Positions 9,102-17,840 of a stretch of 64,000 nucleotides of DNA are shown here, in pieces. The stretch is from an uncultured Pelagibacteraceae bacterium. GTDB taxonomy: Bacteria > Pseudomonadota > Alphaproteobacteria > Pelagibacterales > Pelagibacteraceae. Under the pieces are notes generated by a model. It saw only the letters and a list, made by a program, of their open reading frames with translations. It had not been told where the DNA came from and made no database searches. Location of the stretch: assembly GCA_902524115.1 (NCBI GenBank), contig CABZCA010000003.1, positions 39,628-103,627 of the forward strand. The letters are read 5' to 3'. The translations under genes were made by a program, and so were the position numbers. How positions within the stretch are numbered: the first letter of the stretch is position 1; each line of letters starts with the position of its first letter.

Positions 9102-9812
9102 ATGTCAGAAAAATATCTAATTGTCGGTGCGACAGGTTCTATCGGATCCAATTTAGCGGAGCAAATGTATTCTTCTGGTAAAGAAATTCATTTAGTCGGG
9201 AGAGATGAAAGCCAACTTAAAAATTTAGCTGAGAAATTAAACTCTTCTTATACTGTGGCAGATGTATTACATGAAGGATTCGTGGATACAATTAAATCAG
9301 ACATATCAGAAATTAAAGGTGTAGCTTATTGTGTTGGTTCCATAGATCTGAAGCCATTAAAAATGGCAAATGAGACAGATTTTCATAAATGCATGAAACT
9401 TAATTTTTATTCGGCTGTAGAATTAATTAAAGGATATCAAGATAATCTTAAACAAAATAAAGGCTCAATCGTTTTATTTTCAACTGTTGCAGCACAAAGA
9501 GGTTTTACAAACCATTCAATAATTGCATCTACTAAAGCGGCGATTGAGGGATTAACTGTTTCATTGGCTGCAGAATTTGCTCCAAATATAAGAGTTAACA
9601 GTGTTGCTCTAAGCTTAACTAATTCTAAGATAGCTCAACCAATGTTAAAAAACACAGCCATTGCAGAAGGTATAGCTAAAGCCCACCCACTCAAAAGATT
9701 AGGAGAAGGAAAAGATGGAGCAGCTTTAGCAAAATTTTTACTTACAGAGGAGAGTTCTTGGGTAACAGGTCAAATAATAGCTGTAGATGGTGGAAGATCA
9801 AAACTTTCATAA
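9102..9812 (+). CDS. Short-chain dehydrogenase/reductase
   Basis: VGATGSIG, IRVN, HPLKRLG, WVTGQIIAVDGG; usual YxxxK appears as IASTK. Confidence 0.85.
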   Translation: MSEKYLIVGATGSIGSNLAEQMYSSGKEIHLVGRDESQLKNLAEKLNSSYTVADVLHEGFVDTIKSDISEIKGVAYCVGSIDLKPLKMANETDFHKCMKLNFYSAVELIKGYQDNLKQNKGSIVLFSTVAAQRGFTNHSIIASTKAAIEGLTVSLAAEFAPNIRVNSVALSLTNSKIAQPMLKNTAIAEGIAKAHPLKRLGEGKDGAALAKFLLTEESSWVTGQIIAVDGGRSKLS

Positions 9813-9813
9813 A

Positions 9814-10878
9814 GTGAAAAAAATAATATACGTTTTAATTCTTCTTTTATTATTTGGTTCAAAATCGTATTCACAAAACTTTAAATTAGAAAAATTAGTT
9901 AACCTAGACTCACCTTGGGGATCCTCTTTTATTAATAGTAATGAAATAATAGTTACAGAAAAAAGTGGCAAAATAAAAATTATAAATATTTTATCTAGAG
10001 AAGTTCAAGAAATTAGTCATCAACTTAATTTTGTTGTCCATGGTCAAGGAGGCTTATTAGATATTATTCATAAAGACAATAATATTTGGATTTCATATAC
10101 TGAAGATAGAGGTGGATATAAAACTAGCACTTCTATTGCAAGAGCAGAGTTTAATAAGAAACAATTAAACTTTAAAAATATTTTTCAAGCAAATCCCCCG
10201 ATAGATTCTGGTTATCATTTTGGTTCAAGATTAGTTATCAAAGATAATTTTATATTTGCATCTGCAGGTGAGAGAGGACAAGGTATGATTGCACAAGACG
10301 CCTCAAAGCATCCAGGTAGTATTATAAGAATTCATTTAGATGGAAGTATACCAAAAGACAATCCAAAGTTTGAGGGAATGGTAGATTGGTTGCCAGAGAT
10401 TTATCAAATTGGAATTAGAAATCCTCAAGGGATGGCACTTTCTGAATTTGATGGAAAAGTTTATATGAGTAATCACGGTGCAAAAGGTGGAGATTGGTTT
10501 GGAGAAGTAAAAAAAGGTGAAAATTACGGATGGAAAATTTTAGGATGGGGAGGAACCAATTATTCTGGAATTCCAATTGGACCAAAATGGAAACCTGGAT
10601 TTACAAAAGCCATTCAATATTGGGTGCCCTCAATAGCAACTAGCGCAATAACTATTTATAAAGGTGAAGAATTTAATGAGTGGAATAGTCATGCTTTAAT
10701 CACCTCGTTAAAAGATAAGTCTTTGAGGAAATTGATATTTGATGACTTATCAAATGTAAAAGAAGAGGTTATTTTTAAAAATAAAATTGGAAGAATAAGA
10801 GATATTCAGGTTCATCCGACGAATGGAAAAATTTATTTTTTAAGTCAAGATGCTTTATGGTTAATGCAAAGAAAATAG
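9814..10878 (+). CDS. PQQ-dependent sugar dehydrogenase (glucose/sorbosone dehydrogenase, YliI-like), exported
   Basis: GTG at 9814 then a signal peptide; GQGGLLD, HFGSRL, GIRNPQG, NYGW, GRIRD. Confidence 0.85.
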   Translation: MKKIIYVLILLLLFGSKSYSQNFKLEKLVNLDSPWGSSFINSNEIIVTEKSGKIKIINILSREVQEISHQLNFVVHGQGGLLDIIHKDNNIWISYTEDRGGYKTSTSIARAEFNKKQLNFKNIFQANPPIDSGYHFGSRLVIKDNFIFASAGERGQGMIAQDASKHPGSIIRIHLDGSIPKDNPKFEGMVDWLPEIYQIGIRNPQGMALSEFDGKVYMSNHGAKGGDWFGEVKKGENYGWKILGWGGTNYSGIPIGPKWKPGFTKAIQYWVPSIATSAITIYKGEEFNEWNSHALITSLKDKSLRKLIFDDLSNVKEEVIFKNKIGRIRDIQVHPTNGKIYFLSQDALWLMQRK

Positions 10879-10893
10879 TATATATTAAAGTTT

Positions 10894-11997
10894 ATGGATG
10901 ATGTCGTCATAGTTGGTGGGGGTATTATAGGAGCTGCAACTGCCTATTTTTTATCCATGGAAGGCAGAAAAGTTAAGGTAATAGAGAGAGATCCTACCTA
11001 TAAAACTGCATCATTTCCATTATCTTTAGGTGGATTTAGAAGACAATTTTTTCAAAAAGAAAACATACTTTTAGGTAAATTTGCTAGAGAATTCATTTTT
11101 AAAATACCAGAATTATTAAAAACAAAAAAAAATCCAAACCCAACAGCAAGCATGGTTCCTAATGGATACCTTTTAATGTTTGGACCAGAACATGCAGAAG
11201 AACAATACCGAGCATTAGAAAATCATAGAGAATGCGATGCTGGTACAAAAAATATTAAAGGTTCAGAATTAAATAAAATTTTTCCATATATAAACAATGA
11301 AGGTATAGAAACAGCTACATATACTGATAATAAAAGTGAAGGTTGGATTGATCCTTTTATGTTTCATAGTGCTTTAAAAAGTAAAGCAATTGAGTTAGGC
11401 GCAGAGTTTCTTAAAGGTGAGGTTAAAAATTTGTCTGAGATAAATGCAAAAACTATCATTTCAGCAGCAGGGTGTTGGACTAAAGAATTGTTATCAGATA
11501 TTCCAGTTGAACCACAAAAGCACACTGTATTTCGAGTAAAATGTCCAAAACATTTTCCTGATATGCCACTCACTGGAGATTTAACAACAGGTGTATATTG
11601 GAGACCAGAGGGTAAAGAGTTCTTAGCAGGTTCACCTATATCTGTATTTGATGCGAAAGATTTAGAACCAGCATGGAATGATTTTGAAGAATTAGTTTGG
11701 CCTGCTCTGGCAAAAAGAGTTCCAGCCTTTGAAGAACTAAAATTAACCGGTGGTTGGGCAGGATTTTATGATTGTAATAAACTTGATAACAACGCAGTTG
11801 TTGGCAAACATCCAAAATATGACAACGTTTATTTAGCTTCTGGTTTTACTGGAAGAGGTTTGATGCAGGCACCAGGTATTGGAAGAGCTTTAACTGAATT
11901 AATTACAACAGGTAGCTATCAATCAATAGATATCAGTGTTTTTGATGTAGAAAGAGTTTTAAAAAGTAATGCTAGACCAGAACCTTACGTTTTATAA
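10894..11997 (+). CDS. FAD-dependent oxidoreductase, DAO/sarcosine oxidase beta family (FOXRED1-like)
   Basis: GGGIIG, ERDPTYKTAS..LSLGGFRRQF, EGWIDP, WAGFYD, GFTGRGLMQAPGIG. Confidence 0.82.
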   Translation: MDDVVIVGGGIIGAATAYFLSMEGRKVKVIERDPTYKTASFPLSLGGFRRQFFQKENILLGKFAREFIFKIPELLKTKKNPNPTASMVPNGYLLMFGPEHAEEQYRALENHRECDAGTKNIKGSELNKIFPYINNEGIETATYTDNKSEGWIDPFMFHSALKSKAIELGAEFLKGEVKNLSEINAKTIISAAGCWTKELLSDIPVEPQKHTVFRVKCPKHFPDMPLTGDLTTGVYWRPEGKEFLAGSPISVFDAKDLEPAWNDFEELVWPALAKRVPAFEELKLTGGWAGFYDCNKLDNNAVVGKHPKYDNVYLASGFTGRGLMQAPGIGRALTELITTGSYQSIDISVFDVERVLKSNARPEPYVL

Positions 11998-12171
11998 TTT
12001 TTTAATATAAACTCCTAGTATTCCGTTAAATATAGATATAGTTAATATCAATAATTGTCCTTTAAACGAGTAAAATTCAAAGGATGGATAAAAACTTATG
12101 CCAATCGAAAAAAAAAGATAAGTTAACACAAAAGGCCGATAAAATTTTTTTATAAAATTTAAAATTTTCAC
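11992..12171 (-). CDS. Small hypothetical membrane protein, 59 aa (not in ORF track)
   Basis: GTG at 12171 abuts the stop of the upstream DMT gene; MKILNFIKKFYRPFVLTYLFFSIGISFYPSFEFYSFKGQLLILTISIFNGILGVYIKKL* fills the gap exactly. Confidence 0.55.
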   Translation of the reverse strand: MKILNFIKKFYRPFVLTYLFFSIGISFYPSFEFYSFKGQLLILTISIFNGILGVYIKKL

Positions 12172-13020
12172 TTACTTTCTAGTTGCAATATAAACGCCCA
12201 TTGTTGCAAGTATAAATCCTGCTATATCAATATTAGATAACTTTTCTCCTAAAAATAAATAGGCCATCACAGCTGTTGTAGGTGGGACAAGAAAAAATAA
12301 TGTTGAAGTTTTACTTACTGAACCTGCTTTTATTAAAAACATTAAAATTGTAAAGGCTCCAAACGACACTAGAATAATCTGATGTGTCATTCCTAATAAA
12401 AATCCTGTTGTAAAATTTATATAAGGAGTTTCAAATATTGATATTAAAATTAAATTAAAAGAACAGCCCCCAAAAGCTTGAAATCCATTATTAACTGATA
12501 ATGGGACATTACCACTTAGTTTTTTTTGCCACAAGGTTCCTGTAGTGATTGCAGCAAGGGCTATAAAACAAGTTACTAATCCATCTTTAGGAAAATCTTT
12601 TCCAAAATCTACTCCAAGTACTAGCAAAGAACCTACAAAGCCAAACACAATACCAACCCACTGCCTCCATCCTATTACCTCTTTATAGATTGGTCCTGAT
12701 AATAAATTAGTTAATATCGGTTGAAGAGTAACAATTAATGCTACAACACTTGCAGGAACTCCTACATGAAAAGCGTACCAACAACCACCAAGATATAATC
12801 CATGAAACAATACACCGGTAGTTATGCTTTCTAATATATATCTCACTTTTGTAAAAATTATTTCTTTTTTAAGTAATGCGAATAAGAAGAAACCTATAGT
12901 TACAATTCCAAATCTAAAGGCAAGTGCTGCAAAAGGTGATGCATTCTGAACTATAATATCACCTGAGATGAATGCAGATGACCATAGCAATATAAATAAT
13001 AAAGGAAATGTTTTAATCAT
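12172..13020 (-). CDS. DMT/EamA family transporter
   Basis: LLWSSAFI, LAFRF, LQPILT, FFLVPP; ~10 TM. Confidence 0.88.
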   Translation of the reverse strand: MIKTFPLLFILLWSSAFISGDIIVQNASPFAALAFRFGIVTIGFFLFALLKKEIIFTKVRYILESITTGVLFHGLYLGGCWYAFHVGVPASVVALIVTLQPILTNLLSGPIYKEVIGWRQWVGIVFGFVGSLLVLGVDFGKDFPKDGLVTCFIALAAITTGTLWQKKLSGNVPLSVNNGFQAFGGCSFNLILISIFETPYINFTTGFLLGMTHQIILVSFGAFTILMFLIKAGSVSKTSTLFFLVPPTTAVMAYLFLGEKLSNIDIAGFILATMGVYIATRK

Positions 13021-13053
13021 TTATTGAGGATTTTAAGTCACAAAATTTCTAAA

Positions 13054-14061
13054 CTAAATTTTGACAAGCATTTTGCCAATATTTTTACCGTTTAATAAAT
13101 CAATAAATGACTTTGGAGCATTCTCTATTCCTTCGTAGATAGTTTCTTTAAATTTTATTTTACCATCCTCCAACCATTTTGACATTTCAGTTTCAAATGG
13201 CTCTCTTTCATTATCGTGATCAAAAATAAGAAATCCTTTAATTGTAAGCCTTTTTACTAAAACATAAGCCATATTTTTCAAACCAGATCCAGGATTTGTT
13301 GCATTCATCTGTGAAATTCTTCCACAAATCACAATACGACCATATGTTTTCATTTGGAAAATAGCGGACTCTAAAAAGTCTCCACCAACATTATCAAAAT
13401 AAAGATCAAAACCATCAGGACAAATTTCCTTGAAATGTAATACAAGATTTTCTACTTTCTTATAATTAAAAGCATGATCAACTTTTAATTCATTTTTTAA
13501 CCAATCAACTTTTTCATCAGACCCTGTGCTTGCAATAACTTTACAACCATGGTTTTTTGCAATTTGGCAAACTGTAGATCCAACACTACCTCCAGCAGAA
13601 GAGACTAATATAGTTTGCCCAGATTTCAATTCTCCATGTTTGAAAAGTCCAATGTAAGCTGTATGCCCTGTCATTCCAAGTGGTCCTAAGTACGATTGTA
13701 TAGGCATATCAATTGGTTTTAGTTTCTTTAGTTCATCAGAACTACAAACAAATTTATCTCTCATACCAAGACTGCTAAATACTAAATCTCCAACACTAAA
13801 ATCTTTATCATTTGAGCATTCTACTGTACCAATTGCATACCCTTCCATTTCTTCACCGATTTTAAATGGTGGTTTATAATTTTTTCTCTCAGTCATTCTT
13901 GCACGCATGTATGGATCAACTGATATCCATGAATTTGACACTAAAATATTTTTTTCATCATTAATTGAAATTTCTTTTGATTTTATTTCAAAATCTGTCT
14001 CTTTTGGTAAGCCGGTTGGAATATAATTTTTTAAAGATACGTATTTACTAACCACAGACAT
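13054..14061 (-). CDS. NADP-dependent oxidoreductase (prostaglandin reductase / CurA-like alkenal reductase, MDR family)
   Basis: SVDPYMR, LGMTGHTAY, YFDNVGG, CGRIS, GKNIGKMLV. Confidence 0.88.
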   Translation of the reverse strand: MSVVSKYVSLKNYIPTGLPKETDFEIKSKEISINDEKNILVSNSWISVDPYMRARMTERKNYKPPFKIGEEMEGYAIGTVECSNDKDFSVGDLVFSSLGMRDKFVCSSDELKKLKPIDMPIQSYLGPLGMTGHTAYIGLFKHGELKSGQTILVSSAGGSVGSTVCQIAKNHGCKVIASTGSDEKVDWLKNELKVDHAFNYKKVENLVLHFKEICPDGFDLYFDNVGGDFLESAIFQMKTYGRIVICGRISQMNATNPGSGLKNMAYVLVKRLTIKGFLIFDHDNEREPFETEMSKWLEDGKIKFKETIYEGIENAPKSFIDLLNGKNIGKMLVKI

Positions 14062-14062
14062 T

Positions 14063-14641
14063 TTAAGACCCCCAAATACTATTTAATATTGCTTCGCGTC
14101 TACATCCTTTTTTATATCTTAAGTAATTAAGAAAATTTATTTGGTAATAATCTTGATGAACAGCCTCTGCAATATAAAATTTATCAAATTTTCTTACATA
14201 AGTTACTACTTTTTTTTTAAATTTTTTCTCTATTTCCTTAATACTATTTTCTATTAAGTTTTTTTGCTTATCATTTTGATAAAATGCCACTGATCTATAA
14301 CTATACCCCTTGTCACAAAATTGTCCTACAGCATCAAAGGGATCAATGTTTATCCAGAATTCTTCTAAGAGTTTTTCATAGCTAACTACTTCTGGAATAT
14401 ATATGACTTCAATAACCTCAAAATGGCCTGTGTTTCCATATGTAACTTCTTTATAAGTTGGATTTTCTTTAGTGCCACCTGAGTAGCCAGAGATAACTTT
14501 TGAAACACCAAGAATATTTTCAAAAGATTCCTCCATACACCAAAAGCATCCTCCAGCAAAATAAGCTTTTTCAAAATTTGGCGAATTGGCAAAGCTGATT
14601 GAAGAAATTAGAAAGAAAATTATTGATAAAAGTTTTTTCAT
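14063..14641 (-). CDS. msrA: Peptide-methionine (S)-S-oxide reductase with signal peptide
   Basis: FAGGCFWC, SGYSGG, TGHFE, GQFCD, HQDYY; N-terminal MKKLLSIIFFLISSISFA. Confidence 0.93.
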   Translation of the reverse strand: MKKLLSIIFFLISSISFANSPNFEKAYFAGGCFWCMEESFENILGVSKVISGYSGGTKENPTYKEVTYGNTGHFEVIEVIYIPEVVSYEKLLEEFWINIDPFDAVGQFCDKGYSYRSVAFYQNDKQKNLIENSIKEIEKKFKKKVVTYVRKFDKFYIAEAVHQDYYQINFLNYLRYKKGCRREAILNSIWGS

Positions 14642-14682
14642 TAAAGGTAGCTATCTAGATTAATAATAGCTTACCTTTAATG
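14639..14682 (-). promoter_or_regulatory. Stem-loop between fdh and msrA that pairs the msrA start codon
   Basis: cattaaaggta-gctat (14639-14654) pairs with atagc-t-tacctttaatg (14666-14682): 11 bp + 1-nt bulge + 5 bp, 11-nt loop. Confidence 0.5.
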
Positions 14683-14698
14683 TTTTATATTTAAAACT

Positions 14699-15898
14699 CT
14701 ATTTTTTTTGATATTTTGCCGCTTCTTCAGAACCGCCTGTAGCGCTTCCTTTACTATATGAGTGAGCACCCATTCCTGCTAACTGCCCATCTTTGACTAT
14801 TAAATATTGATCTCTCATTTCAGTACCATCAAAAAAGCACTCTAGTATTTCTCTAACACCGTCTGCATATCTAGCTTGAGCAGATAGTGAAGTTCCAGAA
14901 GTATGAGGTGTCATTCCATGGTTTGGCATTGTTCTCCATACATGATCGTTTGGAGCTGGCTGAGGAAACCACACGTCTCCTGCATACCCACTTAGTTGAC
15001 CACTTTCTAAAGCTTTGGCAATTGCATCTCTATTACAAATTTTACCTCTTGCTGTATTTACAATATATGCACCTTTTTTCATTTTAGATATCATTTCATC
15101 ATCAAATAAATTTTCTGTTTCAGGATGAAGAGGACAGTTAATTGTAACAACATCACATACTTTAACCATAGACTCTACAGTTTCATGAAAAGTAAGATTT
15201 AACTCTTTTTCAACTGATTCAGGTAATCTATGTCTATCAAAATAATGAAGATGTACATCAAATGGTTTCATTTTTCTTAATGCATCTAAACCAATTCTTC
15301 CAGCCGCAACTGTTCCAATGTTCATTCCTTCAACATCATAAGACCTTTGAACTGCATCAGCAATATTCCATCCACCCTCATTAACAATTCGGTGTTGGTT
15401 GTGATAATCTCTTACCATTGAAACAATCATCATTACTATGTGCTCGGCAACTGATCTTGAATTACAAAATGTTACTTCTACAACATCGATTTTATGATCC
15501 ATTGCTGCCTGTAAATCTACATGGTCTGAACCAATTCCTGCTGTGATAGCAATTTTTAAATTTTTTGCTTTTTCAATTCTTTCTTTTGTTAAATAATATG
15601 GAAAGAATGGTTGAGAAATAACTATATCAGCATCAACGATATGTTTGTCAGCTTCACATCCATCTCCATCTTTACTATTTGTTACAACTAACTCATGACC
15701 GTTACTCTCTAAAAATTTTCTTAATCCTAATTCACCAGATACACATCCTAATAGTTCTCCAGGCGTAAAATCTCTACCTTTTGGACTTGGTAGTGTCATC
15801 CCATCTGGATATTTTTCTAGTTTTGGAAGATCTGACAATGGGTAGCTTTTAGGCATCCCACCTTTTGGATCATCATATAATACGCAAAGTACTTTCAT
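14699..15898 (-). CDS. fdh: NAD-dependent formate dehydrogenase (metal-independent)
   Basis: LCVLYDDP, ELLGCVSGELGLR, SQPFFP, TAGIGSDHVDL, AAGRIG, YAGDVWFPQPAP, TPHTSG; SD AGGAGA upstream. Confidence 0.96.
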   Translation of the reverse strand: MKVLCVLYDDPKGGMPKSYPLSDLPKLEKYPDGMTLPSPKGRDFTPGELLGCVSGELGLRKFLESNGHELVVTNSKDGDGCEADKHIVDADIVISQPFFPYYLTKERIEKAKNLKIAITAGIGSDHVDLQAAMDHKIDVVEVTFCNSRSVAEHIVMMIVSMVRDYHNQHRIVNEGGWNIADAVQRSYDVEGMNIGTVAAGRIGLDALRKMKPFDVHLHYFDRHRLPESVEKELNLTFHETVESMVKVCDVVTINCPLHPETENLFDDEMISKMKKGAYIVNTARGKICNRDAIAKALESGQLSGYAGDVWFPQPAPNDHVWRTMPNHGMTPHTSGTSLSAQARYADGVREILECFFDGTEMRDQYLIVKDGQLAGMGAHSYSKGSATGGSEEAAKYQKK

Positions 15899-15997
15899 TT
15901 TTTCTCCTAATATTTATGTTTTAAAATCTCTCTATAGATATTTTCTTAAGAAAGTGTAGCATAAAATTAGAACATCAATCAAACGAATAGTAGTTGA

Positions 15998-16459
15998 TTA
16001 GGGGTATTTCTTTTTAGCAACGAATTTATTCAGAATAATTCCAAAGGCTATTATAATCAAACATCCAGTTAATATTGGAGAGAACAAATAGTCAAACGAT
16101 ACTGAGCCCAATATGACTATAATAGGATTTCCTCCAGCTGGGGGGTGGGTTACATCTAGTAAAATCATCAATCCAACACCAAGACCTACCGCTAAAGGTA
16201 TTGATATATAAATTGGCAATGGGATAAAATTATAAAATAGAATTCCAATTGTTGAAGTTACTAGATGACCAAATAATATATTTTTAGGTTTCGCAAATGG
16301 ACTTTCTGGGTAACCATATAAAAGAACCATTGAGGATCCAAATGATGCAATTAAAAAAAGTCCAAAATTAGTTTTATAAGTTAATAAAGTGAGTACACCA
16401 ATTGTTATAGTTGTAAAAATCAATGCTAAAAGGGATCTTATAATTTTATCTTTGTTCAT
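15998..16459 (-). CDS. HPP family membrane protein
   Basis: ASFGSS.VLLYG.PESPFA.P, THPPAG motif. Confidence 0.88.
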   Translation of the reverse strand: MNKDKIIRSLLALIFTTITIGVLTLLTYKTNFGLFLIASFGSSMVLLYGYPESPFAKPKNILFGHLVTSTIGILFYNFIPLPIYISIPLAVGLGVGLMILLDVTHPPAGGNPIIVILGSVSFDYLFSPILTGCLIIIAFGIILNKFVAKKKYP

Positions 16460-16855
16460 TTATTGTATTACTTTTTTTAAAGCTTTTATTGGAAGCGTTA
16501 AACATTCTTTTCTTGCATAATTTTTTTTATCAAAGATTTTTTTAAACTCTTTCCATTCACTTGGAAATGAAATATTTTTTTTATCATTAAACTTATCCAA
16601 TAATTTTAAAAAATTTTTAATTTTATCTTTACTTTTTTTCTTAAAATTTTTTGTAGCTAAATTTGCAGATGCATTGCAATATATGCAAGATTGAGATTGA
16701 TAAGAGAAATCTTTTATAACATTGTCTTTAATAATTAAAAAAATTTCAATCTCATCACCACAAATTTGACTTTTATATTTCATCGAATGAGTGCAGTTAT
16801 TAATATGTTTATTGTTTTTGGTATCAGAAGCTATTTTTAAAATATTAATATCCAT
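16460..16855 (-). CDS. IscU/SufU (NifU N-terminal)-like scaffold protein
   Basis: ICGDEI, SCIYCNASA, ARKECLTLP: the three conserved Cys positions of U-type scaffolds. Confidence 0.75.
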   Translation of the reverse strand: MDINILKIASDTKNNKHINNCTHSMKYKSQICGDEIEIFLIIKDNVIKDFSYQSQSCIYCNASANLATKNFKKKSKDKIKNFLKLLDKFNDKKNISFPSEWKEFKKIFDKKNYARKECLTLPIKALKKVIQ

Positions 16856-16933
16856 TAATTTGAGTATTTATTTGATTGTTATTATACAAATTTATATTTA
16901 TATTTTCATACTTCTTAAATAAAAAAATAGCAC

Positions 16934-17839
16934 ATGCTAAACTTAAAAAATCCTAAAGTAGCCATCCCAATCGTATTAATTGCTGGTATTTTTTGGTCAT
17001 TTGGTCCATATGTTGTAAGGCACATCGATCAGCCAGAAACAGTTCCTTGGCAATATTTATTTACAAGAGGAATAGTTATTTTTCTTTTGCTTAATATGTA
17101 TTTGTTCCTTGAGGAAGGAAAAGAGTTTTATAAAAATTATTTTAAAGTGGGTATATCGGGTCTAATTGGAGGTATTGGTCTTGGTACCGCAATGATAACA
17201 TTTATATGGTCAATTACTAATACGACAGCAGCTATCACTTTACTTTGTCTTGCAGCAATGCCATTTATAACAGCCTTATTAGGGTTCTTATTCTTAAAAG
17301 AAAAAATTTCATTAACAGTATGGATTGCGATTGTAGTTGCAGCAGCGGGTATATGTATAATGGCTTTTGACAATTCTGGTAAAAATTCATTGCCAGGGCT
17401 TGTGTTTGGACTTATTTCTGCATTAGGTTTCTCAATTTTTTCTGTTTCACTTAGATGGAGAAAAGAAACACCAAAATTTACTACTGTAGCCTTTGCGGGT
17501 TTGTTCTGTTTCATATTTTCTACTGTAATGCTTGTGTCAAACGATGCTAATTTTTTATCTACTGGAAAAAATGAAGCCTTATTTGCTACTCATGGAACTC
17601 TAGTATGCATGGGTTTAATATTATATTCAATTGGATCAAAAAACATTCCAGCAGCTGATCTAACTTTACTCTCACTCACTGAGGTAATAGGTGGAATATT
17701 CTGGGTGTGGTTACCATGGATGGGAATTAATGAAGTCCCATCTACGAATACTATTATTGGTGGATTTTTTATCTTTATGTCAATTTTTTACTACAGCCTC
17801 ATTATGCAGTCTAATAGAAGATTTATAGGTTTAAATTAA
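16934..17839 (+). CDS. DMT/EamA family transporter
   Basis: 301 aa, ~10 TM, WQYLFTRG, FLKEKIS, LSLTEV. Confidence 0.85.
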   Translation: MLNLKNPKVAIPIVLIAGIFWSFGPYVVRHIDQPETVPWQYLFTRGIVIFLLLNMYLFLEEGKEFYKNYFKVGISGLIGGIGLGTAMITFIWSITNTTAAITLLCLAAMPFITALLGFLFLKEKISLTVWIAIVVAAAGICIMAFDNSGKNSLPGLVFGLISALGFSIFSVSLRWRKETPKFTTVAFAGLFCFIFSTVMLVSNDANFLSTGKNEALFATHGTLVCMGLILYSIGSKNIPAADLTLLSLTEVIGGIFWVWLPWMGINEVPSTNTIIGGFFIFMSIFYYSLIMQSNRRFIGLN

Positions 17840-17840
17840 A

